54,101 nucleotides of DNA, from positions 1-54,101 of the forward strand of contig VGIA01000003.1 in the NCBI GenBank assembly GCA_016868105.1, read 5' to 3'. Made by a program: the position numbers and the translations under genes. Of this stretch, positions 8,544-18,435 are shown one piece after another. The number at the start of each line of letters is the position of its first letter. Position 1 is the stretch's first letter. This DNA comes from Betaproteobacteria bacterium (GTDB lineage Bacteria > Pseudomonadota > Gammaproteobacteria > Burkholderiales > SG8-39). Below the pieces are notes generated by a model that was not told where the DNA came from, did not search any database, and saw only the letters and a program-made list of their open reading frames with translations.

Positions 8544-10340
8544 TTGACGGCCTGGATTGTGCGGCGCAAAATCCGGCGCTTATTCCGGCTTCCACGGACC
8601 CTGCGCCTGCTCAACGCCACGCCCAACTCGACGCCCACGACGTTCAATGCCCAGGCCCTGCTGAACGCCATTGCCAGCGCCGGCAACCAGGTCACGCAGG
8701 GCTGGATGCCGATGCTGCAGCCCGATCCCAGCCTGGTCGCGAGCCTGGCGCGCAGCTCGACGCGGCTCGCCGCGCTGCAGGCGAAGTACTGCAGTGAGCA
8801 AAAGCAGCTCTGGGAAGCCATGCTGCGCGCAGGCCAAGCCCCCGCGGCTTCGCCCGAGCCCGGCGACCGGCGCTTCGCCGCGCGCGAATGGCGGGACAAC
8901 CCCTACTACGACTATGTGCGGCGGTCCTACCTGCTCGCCTGCCGCTACCTGGAGGAGCTCGCCGAGGGCGCCGAGCTGGAAGGCCGGGCGAAGCAGCGGC
9001 TGCGCTTCGCGCTGCGGCAATGGATCGACGCCATGAGCCCGGCCAATTTTGCCGCCACCAATCCCGAGGTGCTGCGCCTGGCGCTGCAATCGCAGGGCGA
9101 GAGCCTGGCCAAGGGCCTCGCCAACCTGATGGGGGACGCGCGCAAAGGCCGCGTCAGCCAGACCGACGAGTCGGCCTTCGAGGTCGGCCGCAACCTTGCC
9201 GCCACGCCGGGGCAGGTGGTGTTCGAGAACGAGCTCATCCAGCTGATCCAGTACGACCCCGCGACCCCGGAGGTCGGCAAGCGCCCGCTGCTGATGGTGC
9301 CGCCGTGCATCAACAAGTTCTACATCCTCGACCTGCAGCCGGAGAACTCCTTCGTGCGCCATGCGGTGTCGCAGGGCCACACCGTGTTCATGCTGTCCTG
9401 GCGCAACGTAAGCGAGCAGCAGGGGCCGCAGCTTACGCGTCTGGGCTGGGATGACTACCTGAAGCTCGGGATCTTCGAGGCCATCCGGGTCGCGCGCGAG
9501 GTGAGCGGCGCCGAGCGCGTCAATGCGCTGGGCTTCTGCGTCGGCGGCACGCTGCTGGGCGCCGCGCTCGCGGTGATGGCGGCCAAGGGCGAGGATGCCG
9601 TCGAGGCCGTGACCTACCTGACGACCATGCTCGATTTCGAGGAGCCGGGGCAACTGGGCTTTTTCATCGATGAGCCCTCGGTGGCGTTGCGCGAGGCGAC
9701 CATCGGCCGGGGCGGCATCCTGCCGGGCGCGGACCTCGCGTTCGTGTTCTCCTCGCTGCGCGCCAACGACCTGATCTGGCCCTATGTCGTGAACAGCTAC
9801 CTCAAGGGCGGCGGTCCCGCCGCCCTCGACCTGCTGTACTGGAATTCCGACAGCACCAACCTGCCCGGGCCGATGTACTGCAGCTACCTGCGCAATACCT
9901 ACCTCGAGAACAGGCTGCGGGTGCCGGGTGCGCTCACCAACTGCGGCGTGCCGGTGGACCTGGGGCGGGTGGACCGCCCCAGCTTCATCCTCGCCACGCG
10001 CGAGGACCACATCGTGCCCTGGCGCGCCGCGTACCGGTCCCTGAAGCTGCTGGGCGGCGAGAAGACTTTCGTGCTGGGCGCGAGCGGCCACGTCGCCGGG
10101 GTCATCAACCCGGCGGCAAAGGGCAGGCGCTGCTACTGGACAGGCGGCGGCAACGATGCCGACCCGGAGCGCTGGCTGGAGAAGGCCGAGCAGCGTCCGG
10201 GCAGCTGGTGGAGGCAATGGTCCGCCTGGCTGGAGGGATTCAAGGGCGGCATGCGTCCCGCACCGGCGCGTGCCGGCAGCGCGCAATACCCCGCGATCGA
10301 GCCCGCGCCCGGTCGCTATGTGAAGCAAAGAGCAACCTGA
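8544..10340 (+). CDS. phaC: Class I poly(3-hydroxyalkanoate) synthase (start codon uncertain, 8544-8706)
   Basis: VPPCINKFYILDLQPENS, lipase box GFCVGG, DHIVPW, SGHVAG. Confidence 0.95.
   Translation: MTAWIVRRKIRRLFRLPRTLRLLNATPNSTPTTFNAQALLNAIASAGNQVTQGWMPMLQPDPSLVASLARSSTRLAALQAKYCSEQKQLWEAMLRAGQAPAASPEPGDRRFAAREWRDNPYYDYVRRSYLLACRYLEELAEGAELEGRAKQRLRFALRQWIDAMSPANFAATNPEVLRLALQSQGESLAKGLANLMGDARKGRVSQTDESAFEVGRNLAATPGQVVFENELIQLIQYDPATPEVGKRPLLMVPPCINKFYILDLQPENSFVRHAVSQGHTVFMLSWRNVSEQQGPQLTRLGWDDYLKLGIFEAIRVAREVSGAERVNALGFCVGGTLLGAALAVMAAKGEDAVEAVTYLTTMLDFEEPGQLGFFIDEPSVALREATIGRGGILPGADLAFVFSSLRANDLIWPYVVNSYLKGGGPAALDLLYWNSDSTNLPGPMYCSYLRNTYLENRLRVPGALTNCGVPVDLGRVDRPSFILATREDHIVPWRAAYRSLKLLGGEKTFVLGASGHVAGVINPAAKGRRCYWTGGGNDADPERWLEKAEQRPGSWWRQWSAWLEGFKGGMRPAPARAGSAQYPAIEPAPGRYVKQRAT
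8554..8574. promoter_or_regulatory. Putative PhaR operator
   Basis: Near-palindrome GGATTGTGCGGCGCAAAATCC with the TGC-N3-GCA core typical of PhaR sites; at the 5' end of a pha cluster encoding PhaR. Confidence 0.65.
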
Positions 10341-10349
10341 GGAGCTGAC

Positions 10350-11525
10350 ATGGAAGAGATCGTCATCGTAGGCGCGGCGCGGTCCGCGATCGGCAAGTTC
10401 GGCGGTTCGCTCGCGGGCGTGCCAGCGGCGAAGCTGGGCGCGCAGGTCATCAGGAAGGCGCTGGAGCGCGCCAGCATCGCCCCCGACCAGGTGTCGGAAG
10501 TCATCATGGGGCAGGTGCTCACCGCGGCGGTGGGGCAGAACCCGGCGCGCCAGGCGGCGATCTTGGCCGGGCTGCCGGACATGGTGCCGGCGATGACCAT
10601 CAACAAGGTCTGCGGCTCGGGCCTGAAGGCCGCGATGCTGGGCGCGCAGGCCATCGCCAACGGCGACGCCGAGCTCGTGATAGCAGGTGGCCAGGAGAAC
10701 ATGAGCGCTGCGCCGCACGTGCTGAACGGCTCGCGCGACGGTTTTCGCATGGGCGAGGCGAAGATGGTCGACTCCATGATCGTGGACGGCTTGTGGGACG
10801 TCTATAACCAGTACCACATGGGCGTCACCGCCGAGAACGTGGCCAAGGAACATGTCGTCACGCGCGAGGAGCAGGACCAATTCGCGGTGAACAGCCAGAA
10901 CAAGGCCGAAGCTGCGCAGAAGGCGGGCCGCTTCAGGGACGAGATCGTGCCCTACGAGGTGCCGACGCGCAAAGGCCCGATGGTGTTCGCCGAGGACGAG
11001 TATCCGCGCCACGGCGCCACGCTCGAGGCGATGAAGGGCTTGAAGCCCGCGTTCGACAAGGCCGGCACCGTGACCGCGGCCAACGCCTCGGGCATCAACG
11101 ACGGCGCCGCGGTGGTGATCCTCGCCTCGGCGAAGAAGGCGAGGGAACTGGGCCTGAAGCCGCTGGCGCGCATCAAGTCCTTCGCCTCCGCAGGCGTCGA
11201 TCCGAAATACATGGGCATGGGTCCGGTGCCGGCCTCCAAGCGGTGCCTGGCGCGCGCCGGGTGGGCGCCGCAGGACCTCGACCTGATGGAAATCAACGAG
11301 GCCTTCGCCGCGCAGGCGATCGCGGTCAACCGCCAGATGGGATGGGACACCGGGAAGGTGAACGTGAATGGCGGCGCCATCGCCCTCGGGCACCCGATTG
11401 GCGCCTCGGGTTGCAGGATCCTCGTCACCCTGCTGCACGAGATGCACAAGCGCGACGCGAAGAGGGGCCTTGCCTCGCTGTGCATCGGCGGCGGCATGGG
11501 CGTGGCGCTGGCGGTGGAGCGATGA
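10350..11525 (+). CDS. phaA: Acetyl-CoA acetyltransferase (beta-ketothiolase)
   Basis: [29 protein letters not shown]; GAGGAG RBS. Confidence 0.95.
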   Translation: MEEIVIVGAARSAIGKFGGSLAGVPAAKLGAQVIRKALERASIAPDQVSEVIMGQVLTAAVGQNPARQAAILAGLPDMVPAMTINKVCGSGLKAAMLGAQAIANGDAELVIAGGQENMSAAPHVLNGSRDGFRMGEAKMVDSMIVDGLWDVYNQYHMGVTAENVAKEHVVTREEQDQFAVNSQNKAEAAQKAGRFRDEIVPYEVPTRKGPMVFAEDEYPRHGATLEAMKGLKPAFDKAGTVTAANASGINDGAAVVILASAKKARELGLKPLARIKSFASAGVDPKYMGMGPVPASKRCLARAGWAPQDLDLMEINEAFAAQAIAVNRQMGWDTGKVNVNGGAIALGHPIGASGCRILVTLLHEMHKRDAKRGLASLCIGGGMGVALAVER

Positions 11526-12289
11526 GCGCGGTGCTCAAGGCCCAGGCGCTGCCGCGGCGCGTGGTGTTCGTCAGCGGCGGCATGGGCGGCATCGGCAGCG
11601 CGATCTGCCGGCGCCTGGCGGCCGCCGGCCACACCATCGTCGCCGGCTGCCTGCCGGGCTACGAGCGCAAGGACGAGTGGCTGGGCGCGATGCGCGGGGA
11701 AGGCTTCAGGGTGCACGCCGCCGAGGGCGACGTCGCCGACTTCGACAGCTGCGCCGGCATGTTCTACAACGTGCGCTCGGTGGTGGGCGAGGTGGACATC
11801 CTGGTCAACAACGCCGGCATCACGCGCGACGCCATCTTCAAGCGCATGACCGAGCGCGACTGGAGCGAGGTCATCAGCACCAACCTGAACAGCGTGTTCA
11901 ACGTCACCCGACAGGTGATCGACGGCATGGTGGAGCGCGGCTGGGGCCGCATCATCAACATCTCCTCGGTGAACGCCATCAAGGGCCAGTTCGGCCAGAC
12001 CAACTACTCCGCCGCCAAGGCGGGCATGGCCGGCTTCGCCAAGGCGCTGGCACAGGAAGTGGTGACCAAGGGCGTGACCGTGAACACGGTTTCGCCCGGC
12101 TACGTCGAGACCGACATGGTGATGGCGATCCGCGCCGAGGTGCGCCAGAGAATCGTGGACTCGATCCCGATGGGCCGGCTGGCGAAGCCCGAGGAGATCG
12201 CCGCGGTGGTGGCGTTCCTCGCCTCGGCAGAGGCGGGCTACATCACCGGCGCCAACATCTCGGTCAACGGCGGCATGCACATGATGTAG
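11522..12289 (+). CDS. phaB: Acetoacetyl-CoA reductase, copy 1
   Basis: [29 protein letters not shown]; ATGA overlap with phaA. Confidence 0.92.
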   Translation: MSAVLKAQALPRRVVFVSGGMGGIGSAICRRLAAAGHTIVAGCLPGYERKDEWLGAMRGEGFRVHAAEGDVADFDSCAGMFYNVRSVVGEVDILVNNAGITRDAIFKRMTERDWSEVISTNLNSVFNVTRQVIDGMVERGWGRIINISSVNAIKGQFGQTNYSAAKAGMAGFAKALAQEVVTKGVTVNTVSPGYVETDMVMAIRAEVRQRIVDSIPMGRLAKPEEIAAVVAFLASAEAGYITGANISVNGGMHMM

Positions 12290-12318
12290 TAGACTGGATC
12301 CAGCCTTTCGGGGGAACG

Positions 12319-13065
12319 ATGGTGCAGCAGAATATCGCGGTGGTGACCGGCGGCATGGGCGGCTTGGGCGAGTCCATCTCGACCAAGATGGCCGACGCCG
12401 GCTACAGGGTGGTGGTGACCTATTCGCCGTCCAACACCAAGTGGAAGTCTTGGATCGACCAGATGAGGGGCAAGGGCTACGGCTTCGCGGCCTACCCGGT
12501 GGACGTGACCTCCTACGACGACTGCGCCGCCAAGTGCGCGCAGATCCAGAAGGAGTGCGGCAACGTGGACATCCTGGTCAACAACGCCGGCATCACGCGC
12601 GACATGACCTTTAAGAAGATGTCCAAGGCCGACTGGGACGCGGTGATGCGCACCAACCTGGATTCGTGCTTCTCGATGACCAAGCAGGTGATGGACGGCA
12701 TGGTCGAGCGCGGCTGGGGCCGCGTCATCAACGTCGCCTCGGTCAACGGCCAGAAGGGCGCCTTCGGCCAGACCAACTACTCCGCGGCCAAGGCCGGCAT
12801 CCACGGCTTCACCAAGGCGCTGGCGCTGGAGGTGGCCAGGAAGGGCGTCACCATCAACACCATCTCGCCGGGCTACATCGGCACCAAGATGGTGACCGCG
12901 ATCCCGAAGGAAATCCTCGATTCCAAGATCCTGCCGCAGATTCCCGTCGGGCGCCTGGGCAAGCCCGAGGAGATCGCCGGACTCATCATCTACCTGTGCT
13001 CGGAAGAGGCGGCGTTCGTGACCGGGGCTAACATCTCGATCAACGGCGGCCAGCACATGTACTAA
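12319..13065 (+). CDS. phaB: Acetoacetyl-CoA reductase, copy 2
   Basis: [29 protein letters not shown]; ATG at 12319 after GGGGA. Confidence 0.92.
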   Translation: MVQQNIAVVTGGMGGLGESISTKMADAGYRVVVTYSPSNTKWKSWIDQMRGKGYGFAAYPVDVTSYDDCAAKCAQIQKECGNVDILVNNAGITRDMTFKKMSKADWDAVMRTNLDSCFSMTKQVMDGMVERGWGRVINVASVNGQKGAFGQTNYSAAKAGIHGFTKALALEVARKGVTINTISPGYIGTKMVTAIPKEILDSKILPQIPVGRLGKPEEIAGLIIYLCSEEAAFVTGANISINGGQHMY

Positions 13066-13077
13066 GGAGCAACCAGA

Positions 13078-13683
13078 ATGGCCGCGATCCCGGAGGACAA
13101 GATGCAAGCGCAGACACGCCTGATCAAGAAGTACCCGAACCGGCGGCTCTACGACACCAAGACCTCGAGCTACATCACGCTCGCGGACGTGAAGCAGATG
13201 GTGCTCAAGCAGGAGGATTTCCAGGTGGTGGACGCCAAGTCGGGCGAGGAGCTGACGCGGCAGATCCTGCTGCAGATCATCCTCGACGAGGAGTCGGGCG
13301 GCGTGCCGATGTTCTCCTCCGACCTGCTGTCGCAGCTGATCCGCTTCTACGGCAACGCCATGCAGGGCTTCATGGGCAGCTACCTGGAGAGGAACCTCAA
13401 GGCCTTCCAGGACATGCAGAAGTCGATCCAGGACCAGTCGCAGAAAGTGATCTCCGGCGCCGGCGCCACCGACGGCGCGCGCGCCTCGCAGGAGCTGTGG
13501 TCGCAGTTCATGAACCTGCAGGGGCCGGCGATGCAGAGCCTGATGCAGGCCTACGTCGAGCAGAGCCAGAAAATGTTCACCCAGTTCCAGGACCAGATGC
13601 AAAACCAGACCCGCAACATGTTTGCCGGCTTCACCTTCCCCGGCTTCCCCCCGCAGCAGGGTGGTCCCGATAAGAAGCCCTAA
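13078..13683 (+). CDS. phaR: PHA synthesis repressor PhaR
   Basis: [14 protein letters not shown]...SSYITL motif; TAAGGAG RBS. Confidence 0.95.
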   Translation: MAAIPEDKMQAQTRLIKKYPNRRLYDTKTSSYITLADVKQMVLKQEDFQVVDAKSGEELTRQILLQIILDEESGGVPMFSSDLLSQLIRFYGNAMQGFMGSYLERNLKAFQDMQKSIQDQSQKVISGAGATDGARASQELWSQFMNLQGPAMQSLMQAYVEQSQKMFTQFQDQMQNQTRNMFAGFTFPGFPPQQGGPDKKP

Positions 13684-14959
13684 GGTTGGTTTTGTATCCC
13701 TGGGCTGCCCCAAGGCGCTGGTCGACTCGGAACGGATCCTCGCCCAGTTGCGCGCCGAGGGCTACGCCACGGCCGCGGACTACGCCGGCGCGGACCTCGT
13801 CATCGTCAACACCTGCGGCTTCATCGACGCCGCGGTCGAGGAGTCCCTCGGCGCCATCGGCGAGGCGCTGAAGGAGAACGGCAAGGTCATCGTCACCGGC
13901 TGCCTGGGGGCGAAGGAGGGCGTCGTCCAGTCCGCGCACCCTTCGGTCCTCGCGGTCACCGGGCCGCAGGACACCGATGGCGTGATGCAGGCGGTGCACC
14001 GGCACCTGAAGAGGCCCCACGATCCTGTAACCGGCCTGGTTCCTCCACAGGGCGTCAAGCTCACCCCCAGGCACTACGCCTACCTCAAGATCTCCGAGGG
14101 CTGCAACCATCGCTGCAGCTTCTGCATCATTCCGTCCATGCGCGGCGACTTGGTCTCGCGCCCCATCGGCCAGGTGATGAACGAGGCCGAGAGCCTGGCC
14201 GGCGCAGGCGTGAAGGAGCTCCTGGTGATCTCCCAGGACACCAGCGCCTACGGCGTGGAGGTGAAGTACCGCACCGGTTTCTGGCGGGGCCGGCCGCTGA
14301 AGACGCGCATGAAGGAATTGTGCGAGGCGCTCGGCACCCTCGGCGTGTGGGTGCGCCTGCACTACGTGTATCCGTACCCGAATGTGGACGAGGTCGTTCC
14401 GCTCATGGCTGAGGGAAGGATTCTTCCGTATCTCGACATCCCGTTCCAGCACGCCAGCCCGCGCATCCTCAAGCTCATGAAGCGTCCCGCCGCGGCCGAG
14501 AAAGTGCTCGCCCGCATCCGCGCCTGGCGCGCCATGTGCCCGGAGCTCACGATCCGCAGCACCTTCATCGCCGGCTTTCCGGGCGAGACCGAGGTGGAGT
14601 TCGAGGAACTGCTCGCGTTCCTGGGCGAGGCGCAGCTGGACCGGGTCGGCTGCTTCGCCTATTCGCCGGTGGCGGGCGCGAAGGCGAACGAGTTGCCCGG
14701 CCCGGTGCCGGCGCAGGTGCGCGAAGACCGCCGGCGGCGCTTCATGGAACGGCAGGCCGCGATCAGCGCGCAAAAGCTGAAAGCAAAGGTGGGCCGGACG
14801 CTGCAGGTGCTGGTGGACGCACCCGGCCTCGGCCGCTCGATGGCCGATGCGCCGGAGATCGACGGCACGGTGCGGTTCCGGGGCGGCAAAGAGGGGGAAT
14901 TGCGCCTGGTCAAGATCGAGCGTTCTGACGAGCACGATCTCTACGGGAGTCTGGCATGA
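13661..14959 (+). CDS. rimO: Ribosomal protein S12 methylthiotransferase RimO (start approximate)
   Basis: [18 protein letters not shown], radical [22 protein letters not shown] domain. Confidence 0.95.
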   Translation: MVPIRSPKVGFVSLGCPKALVDSERILAQLRAEGYATAADYAGADLVIVNTCGFIDAAVEESLGAIGEALKENGKVIVTGCLGAKEGVVQSAHPSVLAVTGPQDTDGVMQAVHRHLKRPHDPVTGLVPPQGVKLTPRHYAYLKISEGCNHRCSFCIIPSMRGDLVSRPIGQVMNEAESLAGAGVKELLVISQDTSAYGVEVKYRTGFWRGRPLKTRMKELCEALGTLGVWVRLHYVYPYPNVDEVVPLMAEGRILPYLDIPFQHASPRILKLMKRPAAAEKVLARIRAWRAMCPELTIRSTFIAGFPGETEVEFEELLAFLGEAQLDRVGCFAYSPVAGAKANELPGPVPAQVREDRRRRFMERQAAISAQKLKAKVGRTLQVLVDAPGLGRSMADAPEIDGTVRFRGGKEGELRLVKIERSDEHDLYGSLA

Positions 14960-15018
14960 GTGCACAAAGACCTGAGGTGGTGGTGGTTTCGGGTGCGCGC
15001 ACGGGCGTCTGCGGCTAG
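14956..15018 (+). pseudogene. bktB: N-terminal remnant of beta-ketothiolase BktB
   Basis: ATGA-coupled to the rimO stop; translates [20 protein letters not shown], resembling the BktB start REVVVVSGVRTAIG; bktB follows rimO in many betaproteobacteria. Confidence 0.65.
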
Positions 15019-15092
15019 GCGAGCGCGCCTAGGAAATCAGGGACGGCCACGATTTCCACCCCGGATGTAACCGAGCGGTTATATCGGGCGCC

Positions 15093-15347
15093 TCAGGCGA
15101 CGCTGAGGCCCTTCCAGAACGCGACCTAGCCATCGATGTGCTTCGCCGCGTCCTTGTTCACCAGCCCGTCCACCACGTCGTTGTAGCTGCAGCTGCTTTT
15201 CCAAGCGCAGACGGTACGGGCGTCCGAATCCCGCAAACAGGCTCGGTTCACCGCCTCGGGCGGGAAGTGGAGGTTGCCTTCGACCAGCCGCGTCCTGCCG
15301 GGGGCGGCCCAGGCAAGGACTTTCCCGTTCCAGGTTGCCGTGGGCAC
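15093..15347 (-). pseudogene. DUF427 protein pseudogene
   Basis: ATWNGKVLA...VEGNLHFPPEAV...CAWK...NKDAAKHIDG*VAFWKGLSVA*; in-frame TAG at 15126-15128 and the usual WYYPxP segment is missing. Confidence 0.8.
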
Positions 15348-15360
15348 GGCCGTTTCCAGC

Positions 15361-16248
15361 TCAGGCGCGGTGCACCGTGAGCCGCTGCCGGGTGGCGATG
15401 TACAGGCCCGACAACACGATCACGCCCATGCCGACCAACGACCAGCCGTCGGGGAAGTCGCCGAAGACCAGCCAGCCCAGCAGCATCGCCCAGACCAGGG
15501 CGCTGTAGGTATAGGGCGCGAGCAGGCCGGCGCCGGCGTAGTCGTAGGCCTTGATGAGCAGGAAATGGCCCATCGAGGCGAGCATGCCGATGAGCAGGAT
15601 CAGCGCGCCGTGCGAAACCTCCTGTGGGCTGGTCCAGACGAACGGCACCGCGAAGGAGAGCAGCACCGCGCCGACGATCGCGCCCCAGACCAGCGAGGTC
15701 TGCGGCGGTTCCTGTCCGGCGACCTTGCGCGTGAGGATCTGGTAGAACGCGTTGCAAAGCGCCATGCCGAGCGGCAGCAGGGCGTAGGGCGTGAACACCT
15801 CCGAGCCCGGGCGAACGATGATCAGGGCGCCGACCAGGCCGGCGAGGATCGCCAGCAGGCGCGCCATTTCCAGCCGCTCGCCCAGCATCGGCACCGCCAG
15901 AGCGGCCACGAACAGCGGCATGACGAAGCCGATGGCGTTGGCGTCCGCCAGGGGCAGCACGCTGAGGGAAGTGAAGAACAGCAGCGTCGACAGCGCCAGC
16001 AGCAGGCCGCGGGTGAACTGAAGGCCGGGCCGCGCGGTGCGCAGGTAGCGCAGCTCGCCGCGCGCGGCGAATAACGCCAGCAGCAGCGCCAGGTTCGCGG
16101 CGTAGCGCGCCCAGACGATGAGCGGCACCGGGTACCAGCGCGCGAGGTGTTTCGCGGCTGCATCCATGAGGACGAACATGCCCACCGCCGCGACCATGAG
16201 CAGGATGCCGCGCAGCGGCGAGGGCGGGTGCGGGGAGGCGCCAGTCAT
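15361..16248 (-). CDS. DMT/EamA family transporter
   Basis: Ten hydrophobic segments in two EamA repeats (LGERL...IIVRPG; LAPYTYS...VFGDFP). Confidence 0.9.
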   Translation of the reverse strand: MTGASPHPPSPLRGILLMVAAVGMFVLMDAAAKHLARWYPVPLIVWARYAANLALLLALFAARGELRYLRTARPGLQFTRGLLLALSTLLFFTSLSVLPLADANAIGFVMPLFVAALAVPMLGERLEMARLLAILAGLVGALIIVRPGSEVFTPYALLPLGMALCNAFYQILTRKVAGQEPPQTSLVWGAIVGAVLLSFAVPFVWTSPQEVSHGALILLIGMLASMGHFLLIKAYDYAGAGLLAPYTYSALVWAMLLGWLVFGDFPDGWSLVGMGVIVLSGLYIATRQRLTVHRA

Positions 16249-16281
16249 TGCGAAGGCGCCATTCTAGGCGGCCCTGCGGCA

Positions 16282-16319
16282 GGGGCGGGACGCGACTCAG
16301 GGGGAACGCGGCCCGCCCC
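16282..16319. terminator. GC-rich hairpin, possible terminator
   Basis: GGGGCGGG/CCCGCCCC arms with inner CGCG pair; just downstream of the glycine-zipper pseudogene; no U-tract on that strand. Confidence 0.35.
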
Positions 16320-16334
16320 CCGTTTACTGCTCGT

Positions 16335-16871
16335 CTAGCCGCGGCGCTCGGCCTGCAGCACGCCGTTGGTCAGGCGCACACGATCGCCCACGCGCCAGGC
16401 CGGCTGCTGGGCGGTGCTCAATGTGCGCTCGCTGTCGTTCTCCATCCGCACCACCACGTCCCAGCGCTTGGTCGAGCGCACCTTCTGCTCCAACTTGTGG
16501 CCTGCCCAGGCGCCGCCGGCGCGGGCTGCGCCAGCAGTTGCGGGAGCGGCGCCGGCCTGAACGCATCCCGGGCGAACTCGCGCACCGATTGGGGCGAGCG
16601 CCTCCAGCGCGGGCGGCGCGGCTTTCTTCACGACGGGCCTGGGCGCCGGCTTCGCGGCCGGGGTTTCCTAGGTCAGGACCGGCAGCGTGATGCCGCCGGG
16701 GGCGGCGGCGGTCGCGGAGGCCGCGGGCGCGACCACCGGCTGCTGGGTCGTCGTCGCGCCTGACTTGGGCAGGAATCCGGTGAGCGAGGCCACGCCGGCC
16801 GCGGAGAGCACGATCAGCGAGACCGCGGCGGTGGCCACCAGCGGGTGGAGCTTGTTGTTGGTGATTTCCAT
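16335..16871 (-). pseudogene. Glycine-zipper 2TM domain membrane protein pseudogene
   Basis: AGGAG RBS + MEITNNKLHPLVATAAVSLIVLSAAGVASLTG..., in-frame TAG at 16668-16670, same frame continues to GGAWAGHKLEQKVRSTKRWDVVVRMEN...WRVGDRVRL; most of the glycine zipper is missing. Confidence 0.75.
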
Positions 16872-16937
16872 GGCGTTCTCCTGTGTAAGGACGTGGAGCG
16901 AACAACGCCAAGGTAGGCGAGCGGACGACCGATGCCC

Positions 16938-16962
16938 GTATCGGTGTGTTACCGGATGTTTC
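16938..16962 (-). promoter_or_regulatory. OmpR/PhoB-family-like tandem direct repeats
   Basis: Minus strand GAAAC-N5-GTAAC-N5-GATAC with an exact 10-bp period upstream of the glycine-zipper gene. Confidence 0.5.
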
Positions 16963-18430
16963 AGGCCTCCGGCCGCATGTGCGGGAAGAGGATGACGTCG
17001 CGGATGGAGGCACTGTCGGTGAGCAGCATCACCAGCCGGTCGATCCCGAGGCCCCCGCCCGCGGTGGGCGGCAGGCCGTACTCCAGGGCGCGGATGTAGT
17101 CCGCGTCGTAGTACATGGCCTCGTGGTCCCCGGCTTGCTTCAGTTTCGCCTGCTCCAGGAAGCGCGCGGCCTGGTCTTCGGGGTCGTTCAATTCGGAGAA
17201 GCCGTTGGCGATCTCCTTGGCGTCCACGAACAGCTCGAAGCGGTCCACGATGTCCGGGTCCTGGTCGTTCCTGCGCGCCAGCGGCGAGACCTCGGCAGGG
17301 AACTCGGTGACGAAGGTCGGCTGGACGAGGTGCTTCTCGGCCAGCGCCTCGAATAGCATCAGCTGCAGCGCGCCCCAGCCCTGCGCCTCCTCGTGTGCCA
17401 CCTGCAGGTCCTTGAGCTTGCGCGACAGGAAGGCGCGGTCGCGCAGGTCGCCCTCGACGCCCTGGCGGCGGATGGCCTCGGTCATGGGCAGGCGCTCGAA
17501 GGGCGCGCCGAAATCCAGCGTCTTGCCCTGGTAGGGCACCTCGAGCTTGCCCGCCGCCTGCGCCGCGCAGCGCACCAGCCGCTCGGTGTGCGCCATCATG
17601 TAATCGCAATCCTGGTAGGCGCAGTACCACTCCATCATGGTGAATTCGGGGTTGTGGCGGGTCGAGATGCCCTCGTTCCTGAAATTGCGGTTGACCTCGA
17701 ACACCCGCTCCAGGCCGCCCACCACCAGGCGCTTCAGGTACAGCTCGGGCGCGATGCGAAGGTACAGGTCCATGTCCAGGGCGTTATGGTGGGTCTTGAA
17801 GGGCCGCGCCACCGCGCCGCCGGGGATGGGCTGCATCATCGGCGTCTCGACCTCCAGGTACCCCTCCACCACCATCGCCTCGCGGATCGCCTGCACGATG
17901 CGCGAGCGGGCGAGGAAGGTCTCGCGCGACCTCTCGGTCACGATCAGGTCGAGGTAGCGCTGGCGGTACTTCAGTTCCTGGTCGGCGATGCCGTGGAACT
18001 TCTCCGGCAGCGGGCGCAGGGCCTTCGCAAGCAGGCGCAGCCGGGAGGCAAGGATGGTGAGCTCGTTGGTCTTGGTGCGGAACAGCGTGCCCTCGGCGGC
18101 GACGATGTCGCCCAGGTCCCAGTGCTTGAAGGCCTCGTGCGCCTCGGCGCCGGTGGCGTCGTTGGAGACGTAGAGCTGGATGCGGCCGGAGCCGTCCTGC
18201 AGCGTGGCGAAGCTGGCTTTCCCCATGACGCGCTTGAGCACCATGCGGCCGGCGACGGAGGCCCCGGCCTTGAGCGGCTCCAGCTCCTGATTGCTGCGGT
18301 TGCCGTGCTCCAGGTGCAGGTCGGCGGCGAGGTGCCGGCGGCGGAAGTCGTTGGGGAAGGCGATGCCCGCGTTGCGCAGGGCCTTCAGCTTCTCGCGCCG
18401 TTCCTCCACCAGCTTGTTGTCCTCGTCCAT
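16961..18430 (-). CDS. lysS: Lysine--tRNA ligase (class II)
   Basis: [48 protein letters not shown]; ATG at 18430. Confidence 0.97.
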   Translation of the reverse strand: MDEDNKLVEERREKLKALRNAGIAFPNDFRRRHLAADLHLEHGNRSNQELEPLKAGASVAGRMVLKRVMGKASFATLQDGSGRIQLYVSNDATGAEAHEAFKHWDLGDIVAAEGTLFRTKTNELTILASRLRLLAKALRPLPEKFHGIADQELKYRQRYLDLIVTERSRETFLARSRIVQAIREAMVVEGYLEVETPMMQPIPGGAVARPFKTHHNALDMDLYLRIAPELYLKRLVVGGLERVFEVNRNFRNEGISTRHNPEFTMMEWYCAYQDCDYMMAHTERLVRCAAQAAGKLEVPYQGKTLDFGAPFERLPMTEAIRRQGVEGDLRDRAFLSRKLKDLQVAHEEAQGWGALQLMLFEALAEKHLVQPTFVTEFPAEVSPLARRNDQDPDIVDRFELFVDAKEIANGFSELNDPEDQAARFLEQAKLKQAGDHEAMYYDADYIRALEYGLPPTAGGGLGIDRLVMLLTDSASIRDVILFPHMRPEA

Positions 18431-18435
18431 GGTCG

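Noticed and set aside
8580-11447. Very long antisense and alternate-frame ORFs (e.g. 955 aa opposite phaC/phaA; also 23743-26103, 36671-38917, 46820-49219)
   Set aside because: Shadow ORFs expected from high GC3 codon usage; no recognisable motifs, and each overlaps a well-supported gene
13622-13683. phaR-rimO overlap as a programmed frameshift or fusion
   Set aside because: An in-frame GTG at 13661 gives a normal RimO N-terminus, and no slippery-site evidence was found
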